From: the human T2T-CHM13v2.0 reference genome, Homo sapiens
DNA length: 64,000 nt
NCBI RefSeq assembly: GCF_009914755.1
Contig: NC_060939.1
Strand: one strand, 5' to 3'
Under the pieces are notes generated by a model. It was given only the letters and a program-made list of their open reading frames with translations, did not search any database and had not been told where the DNA came from. How positions within the stretch are numbered: the stretch's first letter is position 1; every line of letters begins with the position of its first letter. Shown here in pieces: positions 1 to 12,578 of the stretch. The position numbers and the translations under genes were made by a program.

Positions 1-2940
1 AACTCTTCAAAAAAAAACTGCAGAGCGGGGAATACTTCTAAACTCATTTTACAAAGGCCAGCATTAACCTATTACTAAAACCAGACAAAGATACAACAAC
101 AACTACAATCCTCAACAAAATACCAGCAAACTGAATGCAGTAACACATTAAAAAGATCCATCACTAGGGTCAAATGAGATTCATCCTAGGGATGCAAGGA
201 TGGTTCAACATAAGCAAATTAACATGACACATGACATTAATAGAATCAAGGACAAAAACCATGTGATCATTTCAACAGATGCTAAAAAAGCGTTTGACAA
301 AATTTGATATTGCTTTATGAAAAAAGTTCTCAACAAACTAGGCACAGAAGGAACGTATCTCAAAATGATAAAGGCTATATATAACAAACCCACAGCTAAC
401 ATCATACCGAAGAAGGAAAATTTGAAAGCCTTTCCTCTAAGATCTAGAACAAGACAAAGATGCCCACTTTCACCATTTTTATTTCACATAGTGAAGTCCT
501 AGTCAAAGCCCTCAGGCAAGCGAAAGAAAAAAAGGGCATCCAAATTTGAAAAAAAAAAAAAGTCAAATTATCCTCGTTCACAAACAACATATTACATTTA
601 GAAAAACCTAAAGACTCCACACACATTAAAAAAAAAGAAAAAACCTGTTAAAACGGATAAATTTGGTAAAGTTGCAGGACGCAAAATCAATATATTAAAA
701 TCAAATGGCTGGGCACAGTGGCTCATGCCTGCAATCCTAGCACTTTCAGAGGCCAAGGCAGGTGAATCGCTTGACCTCAGGAATTTGAGACCAGCCTGGG
801 CAACATGGCGAAACTCCGTCTCTACAGAAAAAAAACAAAAACAAAAACAAAAACGCTGGGCTTGGTGGTACACAACTGTAGTCCCTGATATTCGAGAGAC
901 TGAAGGGAGAATTACTTGAGCCTGGGAGGTTGAGGCTGGAGTGAACCATGATCACACCACTGCACTCCAGCCCAGGTGACAGAGCGAGACCCTGTCTCCA
1001 AAAAAAAAAATCAACTGCATAGCTTTATGCCAACAACAAACAAACTAAAAAAGAAATCAAGAAAGCAATACCATTTACAAAAGCTACAAAAAATATATAA
1101 AATACCTAGGAAAAAGATTTGACCAAAATGTATAAAGCTATGAAACACTAATGAAAAAAATGAAATAGGACACCAAAAAATAGAACGATATCCCTTATTC
1201 ATGGTTTATAAGAATTTAATATTGTTAAAATGTCTCTACTACCCAAAGCGATCTACAAGACCAATGCAATCCCTATCAAAATACCAATGATATTATTCAC
1301 ATAAACAGAGAAAACCTAAAATTCATATGGAACCTGAATAGCCAAAGTAATCCTGAGCAAAAAGAATAAAGCTGAACACATCACACTGACTGACTTCAAA
1401 ACATACCAAAGTTATAGTAACCAAAACATCGTGGCAGTAGCATAAAAACAGACCAATGGAACAAAATAGAGAACCCGGAAATAAATCCATGCATTTACAG
1501 CCAACTCATCTTCAACAAAGGCGGCAAGAGAATATACTGGAAAAAGACAGTGTCTTCAACAAATGGTGCTGGGAAAACTGGATAACCATATGATGCAGGA
1601 GAATTAAACTAGACCCCTACCTCTTGCCATATGCAAAAATGAAACCGAAATAGATTAAAGACTTAAATCTAGGACCTGATACCTTAGAACTATTTAAAGA
1701 AAACATTGGGGAAATGCTTTAGGACATTGGTCTAGGCAAAGACTTTGGATAACACCTCAAAAGCACAATCAACACAAGTGAAAACAAACATATAGGATTA
1801 CATTAAGCTAAAAGGCTTCACGGCAAAGGAAATAATCAACAAAGTAGAGACAACAAACCGAAAGAGAGAAATTATTTGCAAACTATCTGTCTAATAAGAG
1901 ATTAATAACCAGAAAATATAAGGAACTCAAAACACTCCACAAGCTTGGTGGAGTGTTTTGAATTCCTTAAAAAAAAAAAAATGTGATTTAAAAACGGGCA
2001 AAAGATCTGAAGAGGCATATCTCAAAAGAAGACATACAATGGCAAACATGTATATAAAGCAATGTTCAACATCACTAAACACCAGGGAAATACAAGTCAA
2101 AACCACAATGAGATTATCTCACCCCAGTTAGAGGCTTTAATTAAAAAAAAAAAAAAAGACAGAGATGCTGGCATGGAAGTGGAGAAAGGGAAACACTTGC
2201 ACAGTGTTGATGGGAATGTAAAGTAGTAGAGCTACATGGAAAACAGTATGGAGTTTCCTCAAAAAACTAAAAACAGAACTATAATCCGCAATTCCGCTGC
2301 TTGGTATATATCCCAATGAAAGGAAATCAGAATATTGAAGGTCCCATATTTATTGCAACACTATTCACAATAGCTAAGATATGGAACCAACCTAAATGTC
2401 CATCAATAGATGAATGGATAAAGAAAATGTGCTATATATACAGAATGTAATATTATTCAGTAATAAAAATGACTGAAATCCTGTCATTTGCAGCAATATG
2501 GATAGGACTGGAGGTCATTATGTTAAGTGAAGTCAGTCAGGTACAGAAAGACAAATAGCACATGTTCTCACTCATATGTGGGAGCTAAAAAAAAAAAGTG
2601 TATTTTACTTTATAGAGAGTTGATGTTGGTTACCAAAGGATGAGAAGGGGATTGGAGGGAACAAGAGAAGTTGGTTAATGGGTACAAAAATATAGTCAGA
2701 AGGAGTAACATCTTGTTGTGTTAGCTAGTACAGTAGGGTTACTATAGTTAACAATAATGTATTCTGTAGCTCAAAATTGCTAGAAGAGAAGATTTGAAAT
2801 GTTCCCAACATAAAGAGAAATGTTTCAGGTGATACGCCAATTACTCCAACTTGATTATTGCACATTTTATGTATGTATCAAAATATCACAGGTATCCCCC
2901 AAAATGTACAACTATTATGTATGAATTTTTAAAAGGAAAG
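1..2940 (+). mobile_element. Old LINE-1 (L1MA-like): degenerate ORF2 RT region plus 3' UTR, interrupted by an Alu
   Basis: ORF2 remnants ([20 protein letters not shown]; aaatggtgctgggaaaactgg); many frameshifts; L1MA-type 3' end. Confidence 0.9.
707..1010 (+). mobile_element. Alu (AluJ-like) inserted in the L1
   Basis: Alu dimer with poly-A tail; aaaatcaa on both flanks (TSD). Confidence 0.92.
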
Positions 2941-4927
2941 AAATTAAAATCAACATCTTTACTTTCTTTTTGCTTCCATTTGCTTGTTAAATCTTTACCA
3001 TCTATCTTCATGGTTATAATTTTCTGTTAGCTTGGCTGAAACAGAAGTCTTGTAAAAAACTTACAGTTAAATCTTATGTTTTAATTTAATCTGAATGTTT
3101 TTATCTTTTAATAGAATTTAAACCATTTTCATTTACTGACATAACTGATGGGAAGCATGGTCTAGCAGAAAAAGTTCACAGACTTTGAAGTCAGACAGAT
3201 CTGATTTTGAATTCCAACTAGCAGTTCAAAATTCCTATCGTAAGAATTAGTGATAATATATAAAAAGCATTAATATATGATATGTCCTCAATAAAATGTA
3301 TCTGTCATTTATTATATACTTTCTTAGGTTTCTTTCTTTTACTATAACAGCAAAGTTTTACTTATTTTCATTTTCTCATTGTTTTGAAATTCCTTTCTCA
3401 CTGATTTGAGTTCTACTAATTGATAGCTTTTTTAAAAAGATATAATCTTTGTCATTTCTCTAATAAAATTTAGGATTAAATGGGATATAAATATATAGTA
3501 TGCACAGAATACAGTTTCCCCTCTCCTCTTACACTTCATTTTGCTGTCTTTATCTTTTATTTCACCTTGCTTTCTCTTATTTCATAGTTGTCATGTCTTT
3601 ATAACTTAGTTGAGGATGCCAGGCATACATTTCGAAATGCTTCTTCTGGTCCTGTAGTAAAAAAATTTTCAGAGGTATAACTACCTTCTGAATCAACAGG
3701 ATAATGCTACCTTTTTCTAATGAAGTATTTTTTTCATAAAGCCCATGTTGGGGTTTTTTCTGTTTATCATACTTAAATGAGGAAAGATCTGTGTAAACCT
3801 AGTGTTTGCCAACAATGTATGATTTTCTTTGAACTCCCCTGTCATGTCCACTTGGGCCTAAGCAGAACTCCCTTCTTTGATCAACTGAGTGGACAAGGAC
3901 ATAAACGATTTCCTTGCTTATAGCTCAATTTTCAATACGTGGCAGACTATCTGCTGACTGAGGTGGAATCACCCTCTCTTCCTACTGCCTCATTCTCTAA
4001 CACCAAATAGAAGAGAAACATTAAAAACCGAAATCCCTGACCATGCTGTGAACAGAATTCTTCCCGGATCTCCTTCTATACACAGACCTTGATATCCTCC
4101 TCCAGAATGTCATTGCTACCTTCTCTCTAGTATCTACATGCTACTTACTGGGAGCTACAGTTGCTAAGTAGTATCAAATGTGAGGAGAGAAGAAATGAGG
4201 ATAATTCAGTAACTACTGGCCAATTACCATTTTAAAGCAAAAGTCAAGAAAGCCTTTTAACAGCTGGCATTATTGGACAAGTGAACAATGGACAATGACA
4301 CTATTTAAACTCTTTCATCATGGATTTTATTCATACAGAAACTGGATGATATATTACTAATGCAGGAGCAATTCCTATATCAGATGGGAGGATGGTATAT
4401 GAATTCTTTGGGCCCTTTCAGAGGCTAAGAGTCTAAAAAATAACATATTTAATCAACTCAGCTACCTAAATATTGTTTCGATAAATATTTCACTAAATTT
4501 CTTACATGCGATAATTTGCATACTATCAGACTTCATTAATTAACAAAATACATAGCTGTGCTTAGGAAAACAAGCTTTAAAAACTCATAGCCAAAAGTGG
4601 CATAGGTATGTTCAAAATAAAGTTGTTTTTAACTTAGTCTTACAATTCCTTCCTTTTAAAATAGGTAAATTAATTAAAAAGGTGCTTTACATAGGCAAGA
4701 TAAAGCAGGTCTATTTTTTAAATTGTAAATAAATTACTTTGATAGAGCTAAGGTAATATACTGGTTTGAACTACAGTATTTGCCATCTAAAGTCCAAAAG
4801 CTACTTATTCTGGAAATACTTCCAATTCACTTTTAGTTCAATTAGGACAAGGAGTCAGTGAAGATAGCTTCTCTACTTCCTTCACTGTCAGGTAACTCAT
4901 ATAGCACTCATTCACATCAAAAGATAC

Positions 4928-5054
4928 CTTTAACAGATCATGTTCCCCAACATTTGCTGCATATGTCCATGTAAGTTTTCTGGTACCAGTAGGATCTGCC
5001 CAGGCAAAAAGTCGAGCCTGTCTTGGCAGCAAGACCATTTCTTCTGGTGACCCA
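4928..5054 (-). CDS. VPS13C: VPS13C exon ~66, 127 nt, GSPEEMVL...EHDLLK
   Basis: tag|T ... AAG|gtatct; phase 2-0. Confidence 0.94.
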
Positions 5055-5420
5055 CTAAAACACAATGAACAGAGAGAAAATCAGAATATCTTGGAGATAA
5101 GAAACCCAAACCTGTAGTTTACTGAGGAAGGGATTAGCACAGAAGTCCTACGAAATTGCTGTGGTTAATAAAACACAACTCTACCTAAAAACAAGTACCC
5201 TAAAATATCTAATAAACTCATGGTTTTTAAGCTCGGGGAAACAGAATATTGCCCTTTCTGAAGCTTCAATGCACTCGGAATTGATCCAAGTGGAATCATA
5301 GCAATGGAATTCATTAGGTAAACAGATTGCCAGATCAGGGTCCACCTGTGGAAATGGCTGTGAAGAGGAAATATGTTTAGTAGCAGAAGAACTTCTATTC
5401 AGTGCTTAAATTTAAACATA

Positions 5421-5583
5421 TTTTTTAAAGACAGGGTCTCCCTGTTTCCCAGGCTGGAATGCAGTGTTCATTCACAGGCAAGATCATATTGCACTACAGC
5501 CTCAAACTCCTGGGCTCATGAGATGCTCCTACCCAAGCCTCTCAAGTAGCTGTGACTATAGGTATGCATTACTGTGACCAGCT
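5421..5583 (-). mobile_element. FAM (fossil Alu monomer)
   Basis: Monomer; minus strand carries the 7SL-derived gctgtagtgc..atgatc..gcctgtgaat segment absent from dimeric Alus. Confidence 0.75.
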
Positions 5584-5650
5584 AAGCTTTTTAACAAATA
5601 CAATACTTAAGATATATTATGGGTCACAGCAACAAAAAAATTATGTTCAC

Positions 5651-5820
5651 ACTGTTACTACACAAAGTGTGGTCCGTAAACAGGCAGAATAAGTATTACC
5701 TGGGGTCTTGCAGGAAAAGGCAAAGTCCTGGGTCCCATCCAAAACCTACTGAGTCAAAATCTGCATCTTAACAAGACTCCCAGGAGATTTTAAAATTGAT
5801 TATTACAATTTAAGAAGTAT
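5651..5820 (+). mobile_element. MER5A-like hAT DNA transposon relic
   Basis: caaagtgtggtcc ... acctactgagtcaaaatctgcat..taacaaga..cccagg. Confidence 0.7.
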
Positions 5821-6297
5821 TTGTCCATTTAATGCAAAAAATATTCCAGAGAACTGGGAGAAAAAAAGTAATCCAACTAGGTTTTAATCCTAATCTGTAC
5901 TTTTAAGTCTCTCACTGGATTCACTCCATTAGAATTAAGACTAGGGAAATCTTTAACAAATTTACATATATACATACATTTATATGTGTGTATATATGCA
6001 TGAATATATACACATATATACATATGTTAATATAAATATAATTTTATAAATAAAATTATACGATACTTTAAGGGCTTAAATTCTCTACCATTAAATAATG
6101 ACATCATCCAAAACAAATGACAGCAAAGGCAAGAACAATGAAATTCCTATCAGCCAATGATATACATTCAACACCACTATCTACTCATCGTCTTCTCATT
6201 TAACCTTCTACTATCCCTACCCAAAAAAACTAAATACAGATTTATAGGAAGAGGTTCACTGAGCGTTACCAGATTACCAGGAAAGGGAATACTTAAA

Positions 6298-6600
6298 CAG
6301 GTTCACTCCCTTATCTGCCATTTTGAAATTTAAAAAGCTCTAAAAGCCCAAAGATTTTTCTGGAAATTTGGTATCAAAACTCATTTGGCGGCAAAACCTG
6401 ACCTGAATTGATACGCAACTATTAATAATTTCTATTTACCCCATTTGATGTGAATATTCATCAGTTTTGCTGCAGAAATATTAATGTGTTTACAGAGTGT
6501 TATCTCAAAACATGTAAGGGTATTAAAGATAAATACCATGTGTTCCATATCACCTTTCTAAAATCTAAAAACATTTTGAATATGAAACCAAAGTGTTTCC
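6298..6600. mobile_element. MER46C-like (Tigger-family) DNA transposon relic
   Basis: caggtt..cccttatc start; actcatttggcggcaaaacctgacctgaa; ctgcagaaatattaatgtgttt. Confidence 0.7.
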
Positions 6601-6655
6601 CATTAGTTACTATGAACCAATAAAAGTATTTCCCATTAACCCTTTTTTCTCATAC

Positions 6656-6789
6656 CTCTGTTTGTATGTGAGGATGTCCCATGGTGTATGGTTCATTATC
6701 AAGGCAGGTGCAGATCCCTCATGGTAATCAGAAAAAGTTATGACAGTTGAATGTTCGGCAGTGTTTACATCCACCAAGATACCCCCATT
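6656..6789 (-). CDS. VPS13C: VPS13C exon ~65, 134 nt, NGGILVDV...LTYKQ
   Basis: tag|AAT ... GAG|gtatga; phase 0-2. Confidence 0.94.
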
Positions 6790-6882
6790 CTATTGTAGAA
6801 AAAAAAAAGTATGTTTGATGTACTGGTTTAATCTACACTTACATATGGAATTTCAATATTACGTAAAACACAAAAGCTTTGG

Positions 6883-7169
6883 TTTTTTTCGAGACAGAGT
6901 CTTGCTGTCACCCAGGCTGGAGTACAGTGGCGCCATCTCGGGTTACTGCAACCTCCATCTCCCAGGTTCAACCAATTCTCCTGCCCCAGCCTTCCGAATA
7001 GCTGGGATTACAGGCATGTGCCACCATGCCCAGCTAATTTTTGTACTTTTTAATAGAGATGGGGTTTCACCATATTGGCCAGGCTGGTCTCGAACTCCTG
7101 ACCTAGTGATCAGCCCGCCTCGGCCTCCCAAAGTGCTGGGATTACAGGCGTGAGCCTCTGCACCCGGCC
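6883..7169 (-). mobile_element. Alu (AluS-like)
   Basis: Full reverse Alu dimer. Confidence 0.92.
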
Positions 7170-7355
7170 TGTTTCCTTAAGTTCTTACTAAAAAGCAAAC
7201 TGGCTCTGATCTGTTATAAATATATGTTGGCATTATATATTGATATAGCAGCACCTTCAAATAATTACCAGTAAATTTTGATAGCATGGTTTACTGAAAT
7301 ATCTCAAAGCAAATTTTAAAAATCAAAGACATTTTATTTTAAAATATGAAAACTT

Positions 7356-7822
7356 CATCTATGTCCCTACAAAGGACATGAACTCATCATTTTTTATGGC
7401 TGCATAGTATTCCATGGTGTATATGTGCCACATTTTCTTAATCCAGTCTATCATTGTTGCACATTTGAGTTGGTTCCAAGTCTTTGCTATTGTGAATAGC
7501 GCCGCTGGAAACCATCATTCTCAGCAAACTATGGCAAGGACAAAAAACCAAACACTGCATGTTCTCACTCATAGGTGGGAACTGAACAATGAGAACACTT
7601 GGACACAGGAAGGGGAACATCACACACTGGGGCCTGTTGTGGGGTGGGGGGAGGGGGGAGGAATAGCATTAAGAGATATACCTAATGTAAATAACAAGTT
7701 AATGGGTGCAGCACACCAACATGGCACATGTATACATATGTAACAAACCTGCATGTTCTGCACATGTACCCTAGAACTTAAAGTATAATAAAAAATTAAA
7801 TAAATAAAAATAAAAATAAAAT
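7356..7822 (+). mobile_element. 5'-inverted, truncated L1PA (twin priming), 15-bp TSD
   Basis: Inverted segment 7356-7505, sense 3' UTR plus A-rich tail 7506-7822; TSD aaaatatgaaaactt at 7341-7355 and 7823-7837. Confidence 0.93.
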
Positions 7823-7839
7823 AAAATATGAAAACTTAC

Positions 7840-7968
7840 CAGATCTTCTAAGCTCAATAAAGTGCCATTATCCTGTCGGTTATAAAAGAATGGTTTGGAA
7901 GATCCTTCACAGCCCACCACTCTCACACAAAGTTTGCCTGACAAATTTTCTGGCCAAAATGGAAGGCA
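7840..7968 (-). CDS. VPS13C: VPS13C exon ~64, 129 nt, CLPFWPEN...LSLEDL
   Basis: tag|TGC ... CTG|gtaagt; phase 0-0. Confidence 0.94.
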
Positions 7969-9502
7969 CTAAAAATATAGAAGTTATTATCAGTCTTAAG
8001 ACAATACCGTTATATAATAAATAAGACATTACCTAATTAAATTTTCAATTCTGATTCTGATCTTGATTAAATTATTATGAAGTTTCTAAAAATATGTCCT
8101 CCACATCTCATAGTAAGATTACTGACAATATAATGACCATGAAACCAAAGAAATCACATCAGGAGAATACAGATATATTAGTCTATATGTATTTATGGTA
8201 TAATTGCAATATGAGAAACTGAGGAGCCTGTTGATTAAGAATTATAAAATTCATTTTAATTATTGAAAAATTATATTTAAAAATTATCATTTGCTTTTGT
8301 GTATACCCATTTTAATTCATTAATACATGATGAATTCTTTCACAGAGTATCTTAATCATAGATAAACCAGAAAGACAACTGAAGGCAGAGGAGAGAACAC
8401 CACAGACCTTGCTGGAAGTTCTGACACCATCCTCCTAGTTGTTTGATATCAGACCATATACTTACTTCTTTGAGCCTCAGTTTTATTTATAAAACTGAAG
8501 ATTTCATTCCTAATACAAAATGTGCTTCTGTTATAGAATACTAGGTAAATTCTATTTCTGAATAAAAAATACTACTATAATCAAACCCACACAAAGATTA
8601 AAAAAAAATAAGCACTTACTTGTTGCTGAGTTTATGGAGATCATTCTAAGTGCCTTGAACAGACCAGCTCTTAGGGCTCTAACTTTATTTATATTGTAAT
8701 TGGAATCCTTCCTTTTGAGTCTTTTGCCAAATATTTCTTAAGTAACTTTAGAATCTTTCTTTAAACAGCAGAAAGTGACCTTCAACTATCCTGAGAGTCA
8801 GCTGGTTTGGTTGAAAATTCAGTCAAGATCAAGCACCAGTGCTTATCTTTGCACCTGTCCTCTTCTGGCACACATTCCCCCATTTGCTTCACCTCCTCTA
8901 ATCTTACTGAGCATGAACAGCTTAGTTCAAATCCCACCTCTTCTGTGAAACTTTTATCTTTTGATCTATAACACCATGATTTCAACTACCAATGACTTTA
9001 TCAATCTTGGAAAAGTCTGAAACTCAGTTTCCTTTTCAGTAAAGTGAGAGGGCAGAATTTTAGCTAATTTTCAAAGAAATTTCCAGCTCACCTATTCAGA
9101 AATTCTATAACCACCTATAACTTAGGATGTGCTATCTCTCCACATGCAGACTTTTATGACTCTTTTAAGATAATAGCTTCTTGAATATAGAGACATTATC
9201 TTGACTATGGAGACACCACACAGTACATAATCTCTATGTACTTTTTACAGTACATAGCTACGTTCTACACATATAGGAAGAATTAGAAAAAAGACTATTA
9301 ATGATCTAGACTGGGCTAGTGTATTATCAAAACTTTTCTCCTTTTTTAAAAAATATAGTAAGAGAAAAATCTTTCAAAGCTGGCTGTCATATTTCAACAC
9401 ATAAATATGATAGTCTGAAAAAGAGGTATATACAATTCTTATTTAGATGTCAATATTTATTTGTATATTTTAGGAATCAGTTGTAACAAAGAAAAATGCT
9501 AC

Positions 9503-9667
9503 CTCTGAAGAAGCAATATAGTTCCATTTATTAGTTGGCATTGAGCCATCAGATGCAATCTCGCCAACTTCTAGTTCTAATGATGACTTGTTTGCAATGG
9601 TACAAAAGGGAGTCAGGGTAACTATTCGTGAAAGGTTGAAACTGCTCATTTTGATGCTAACACCAAC
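9503..9667 (-). CDS. VPS13C: VPS13C exon ~63, 165 nt, VGVSIKMS...YIASSE
   Basis: cag|GTT ... GAG|gtagca; phase 0-0. Confidence 0.94.
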
Positions 9668-10307
9668 CTGTGGAAAGGAAAAAAGCTTATTTTCCAGTTT
9701 ATTCAATGTCTTTGAAATATATACACATCCCCTCATTCACACACAAACTTCTTACAATATTTTAAAATAATAATTCTTAAATAAAGCAACTATAAGTTAC
9801 ATTCTGCAAAAGATTATCTTCTGAGAAAAAAATTATAGTTCCTTAGTTTGGCTCCATCAGAAACAATTCAAGAAATATCAATTAGTAATTTAACTAACGA
9901 CTTACAATGACAGATTTAATACGTCTAGCATTCTTTACTTTTTAAAATTCCAAACATAAATTGCTTTATAATTAGTGTACAGGCTTTGTTATCTGCTATT
10001 AGTAAAATAAAAATTTTGAAGTAGTAATAAAATAGGTTAATTGGCATCATATTATTCAAATTTTCATACTAGTCAAATTTAAGATTTAAGAAATGTCTGG
10101 CAAGGGGTGGTACAGAATAAGGATTCTAGCATACTGTGAATATTTACCAAGTTGCTCAACTGGATGGATTAAACTCAATGTCCTAAACTTAGACAAATTC
10201 AGGTTTTTGCTCTGGTATCAGTGACCATAAAAATTTGTAGTGATAACAGCCCTCCACATTATCACTTGAAATTCAAATTTCGGTACACTTTAGGAGCCAA
10301 CTTGTTT

Positions 10308-10905
10308 TTTTTTTTTAATTATACTTTAAGTTTTAGGGTACATGTGCACAATGTGCAGGTTAGTTACATATGTATACATGTACCATGCTGGTGTGCTGCA
10401 CCCATTAACTGGTCACTTAGCATTAGGTATATCTCCTAATGCTATCCCTCCCCCCTCCCCCCACCCCACAACAGTCCCCAGAGTGTGATGTTCCCCTTCC
10501 TGTGTCCATGTGTTCTCATTGTTCAATTCCTACCTATGAGTGAGAACATGCAGTGTTTGGTTTTTTGTCCTTGCGATAGTACACATGAAAAAATGCTCAC
10601 CATCACTGGCCATCAGAGAAATGCAAATCAAAACCACAATGAGATACCATCTCACACCAGTTAGAATGGCGATCATTAAAAAGTCAGGAAACAACAGGTG
10701 CTGGAGAGGATGTGGAGAAATAGGAACACTTTTACACTGTTGGTGGGACTGTAAACTAGTTCAACCATTGTGGAAGTCAGTGTGGCGATTCCTCAGGGAT
10801 CTAGAACTAGAAATACCATTTGACCCAGCCATCCCATTACTGGGTATATACCCAAAGGACTATAAATCATGCTGCTATAAAGACACATGCACACATATGT
10901 TTATT
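10308..10905 (-). mobile_element. 5'-inverted, truncated L1PA (twin priming with internal deletion), 11-bp TSD
   Basis: Poly-T and reverse 3' UTR to ~10580, then forward ORF2 C-terminal segment 10581-10905; TSD ccaacttgttt at 10297-10307 and 10906-10916. Confidence 0.92.
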
Positions 10906-10973
10906 CCAACTTGTTTGTTGAACTGTAGCAAAGGTGAACGGAATCAAAGGTAAATAAGGAAGCAGAATCTTAC

Positions 10974-11078
10974 CAGGTACTCCATATTGTTGGCAGGACA
11001 CTTCACACACCCATAACTTCCCACTGTATCCAATGAGAAACTACTGGACCAGGCACTGGTTGAAATTTTTAATTGTAC
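10974..11078 (-). CDS. VPS13C: VPS13C exon ~62, 105 nt, VQLKISTS...NNMEYL
   Basis: tag|GTA ... CTG|gtaaga; phase 0-0. Confidence 0.94.
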
Positions 11079-11930
11079 CTATACCAGAGAGCACATATCG
11101 TCATATAAGAAATCTAAAACACTATAATAATTTTATTTGAGAGAAAGTTGCTGGACTACTAGAAATTTCTTTAGTACCGTGGGACACAGAAATATATAAT
11201 CAAAGCCATATTGCAAACAGGTAACAGAACCACAAAAAACTCTAGGGAACAACAAAACAAAAACTTCCTGAGAAAGTTTGAATGAGAAAGTTCTGACTTT
11301 CTCATTCACCTATGCAATGAGTATAGTAAATCTAGATACCAATGAGATTATGTATTGTTTTTAAAAAGAATTATAATGCAAAACGATGTTTTCCAGTGAT
11401 AGACTTATGACATAGAGCTAACAAATTTTTAAAGTCTTAGCATAAAGAGAATTTATGTCTTCAACATTGTTCAGCAGACACTACATTAAAGACATTGTGA
11501 CAGGCAGAATGGAAGACAGCAGGACACAGTTCCTGTCTTCGATGAGCTTCCAACTAGACAGAGAGATTAGGAAATACATACGAAAAATTATGATACAAGA
11601 CTCAATGGGATAAGAACCATACAAGAGGCAAAAAATGCTATAGAGGTGAGAGGATAAATAGTTTACTTCTGGTTCTGGGATTTAGATAAAGTTTTATAGA
11701 AGAGATCAAATTGTGCCCTTGTATTAATCTCACCTTCACCCACCCAATTAGTTTGTAAAAAACTTGAGGACAACTAGAGGTCAGACACATATACAAGCAA
11801 TTACAATACCATGTGTTAATCAACACTCAAAGAGAGTGGAGTTGCCAAAGCATCACCTGTTGGAAATGCAAATTCTCAAACCATACCCAGACCTACTGAA
11901 TCAAACTCTACAGACAGGACCCAGCCATCA

Positions 11931-12578
<648 letters not shown>

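Noticed and set aside
6740-7153. 137-aa ORF and the similar ORFs at 11928-12616, 21443-21768, 32385-32653 and 46142-46330
   Set aside because: Typical translations of Alu sequence
7638-7661. G-quadruplex-like G-runs (also ~10446-10468, 25704-25727, 51043-51065)
   Set aside because: Standard L1 3' UTR G-rich tract, already explained by the L1 calls
10540-10953. 137-aa ORF with L1 ORF2 C-terminal similarity
   Set aside because: Inverted fragment of a truncated L1, with no promoter or intact ORF2
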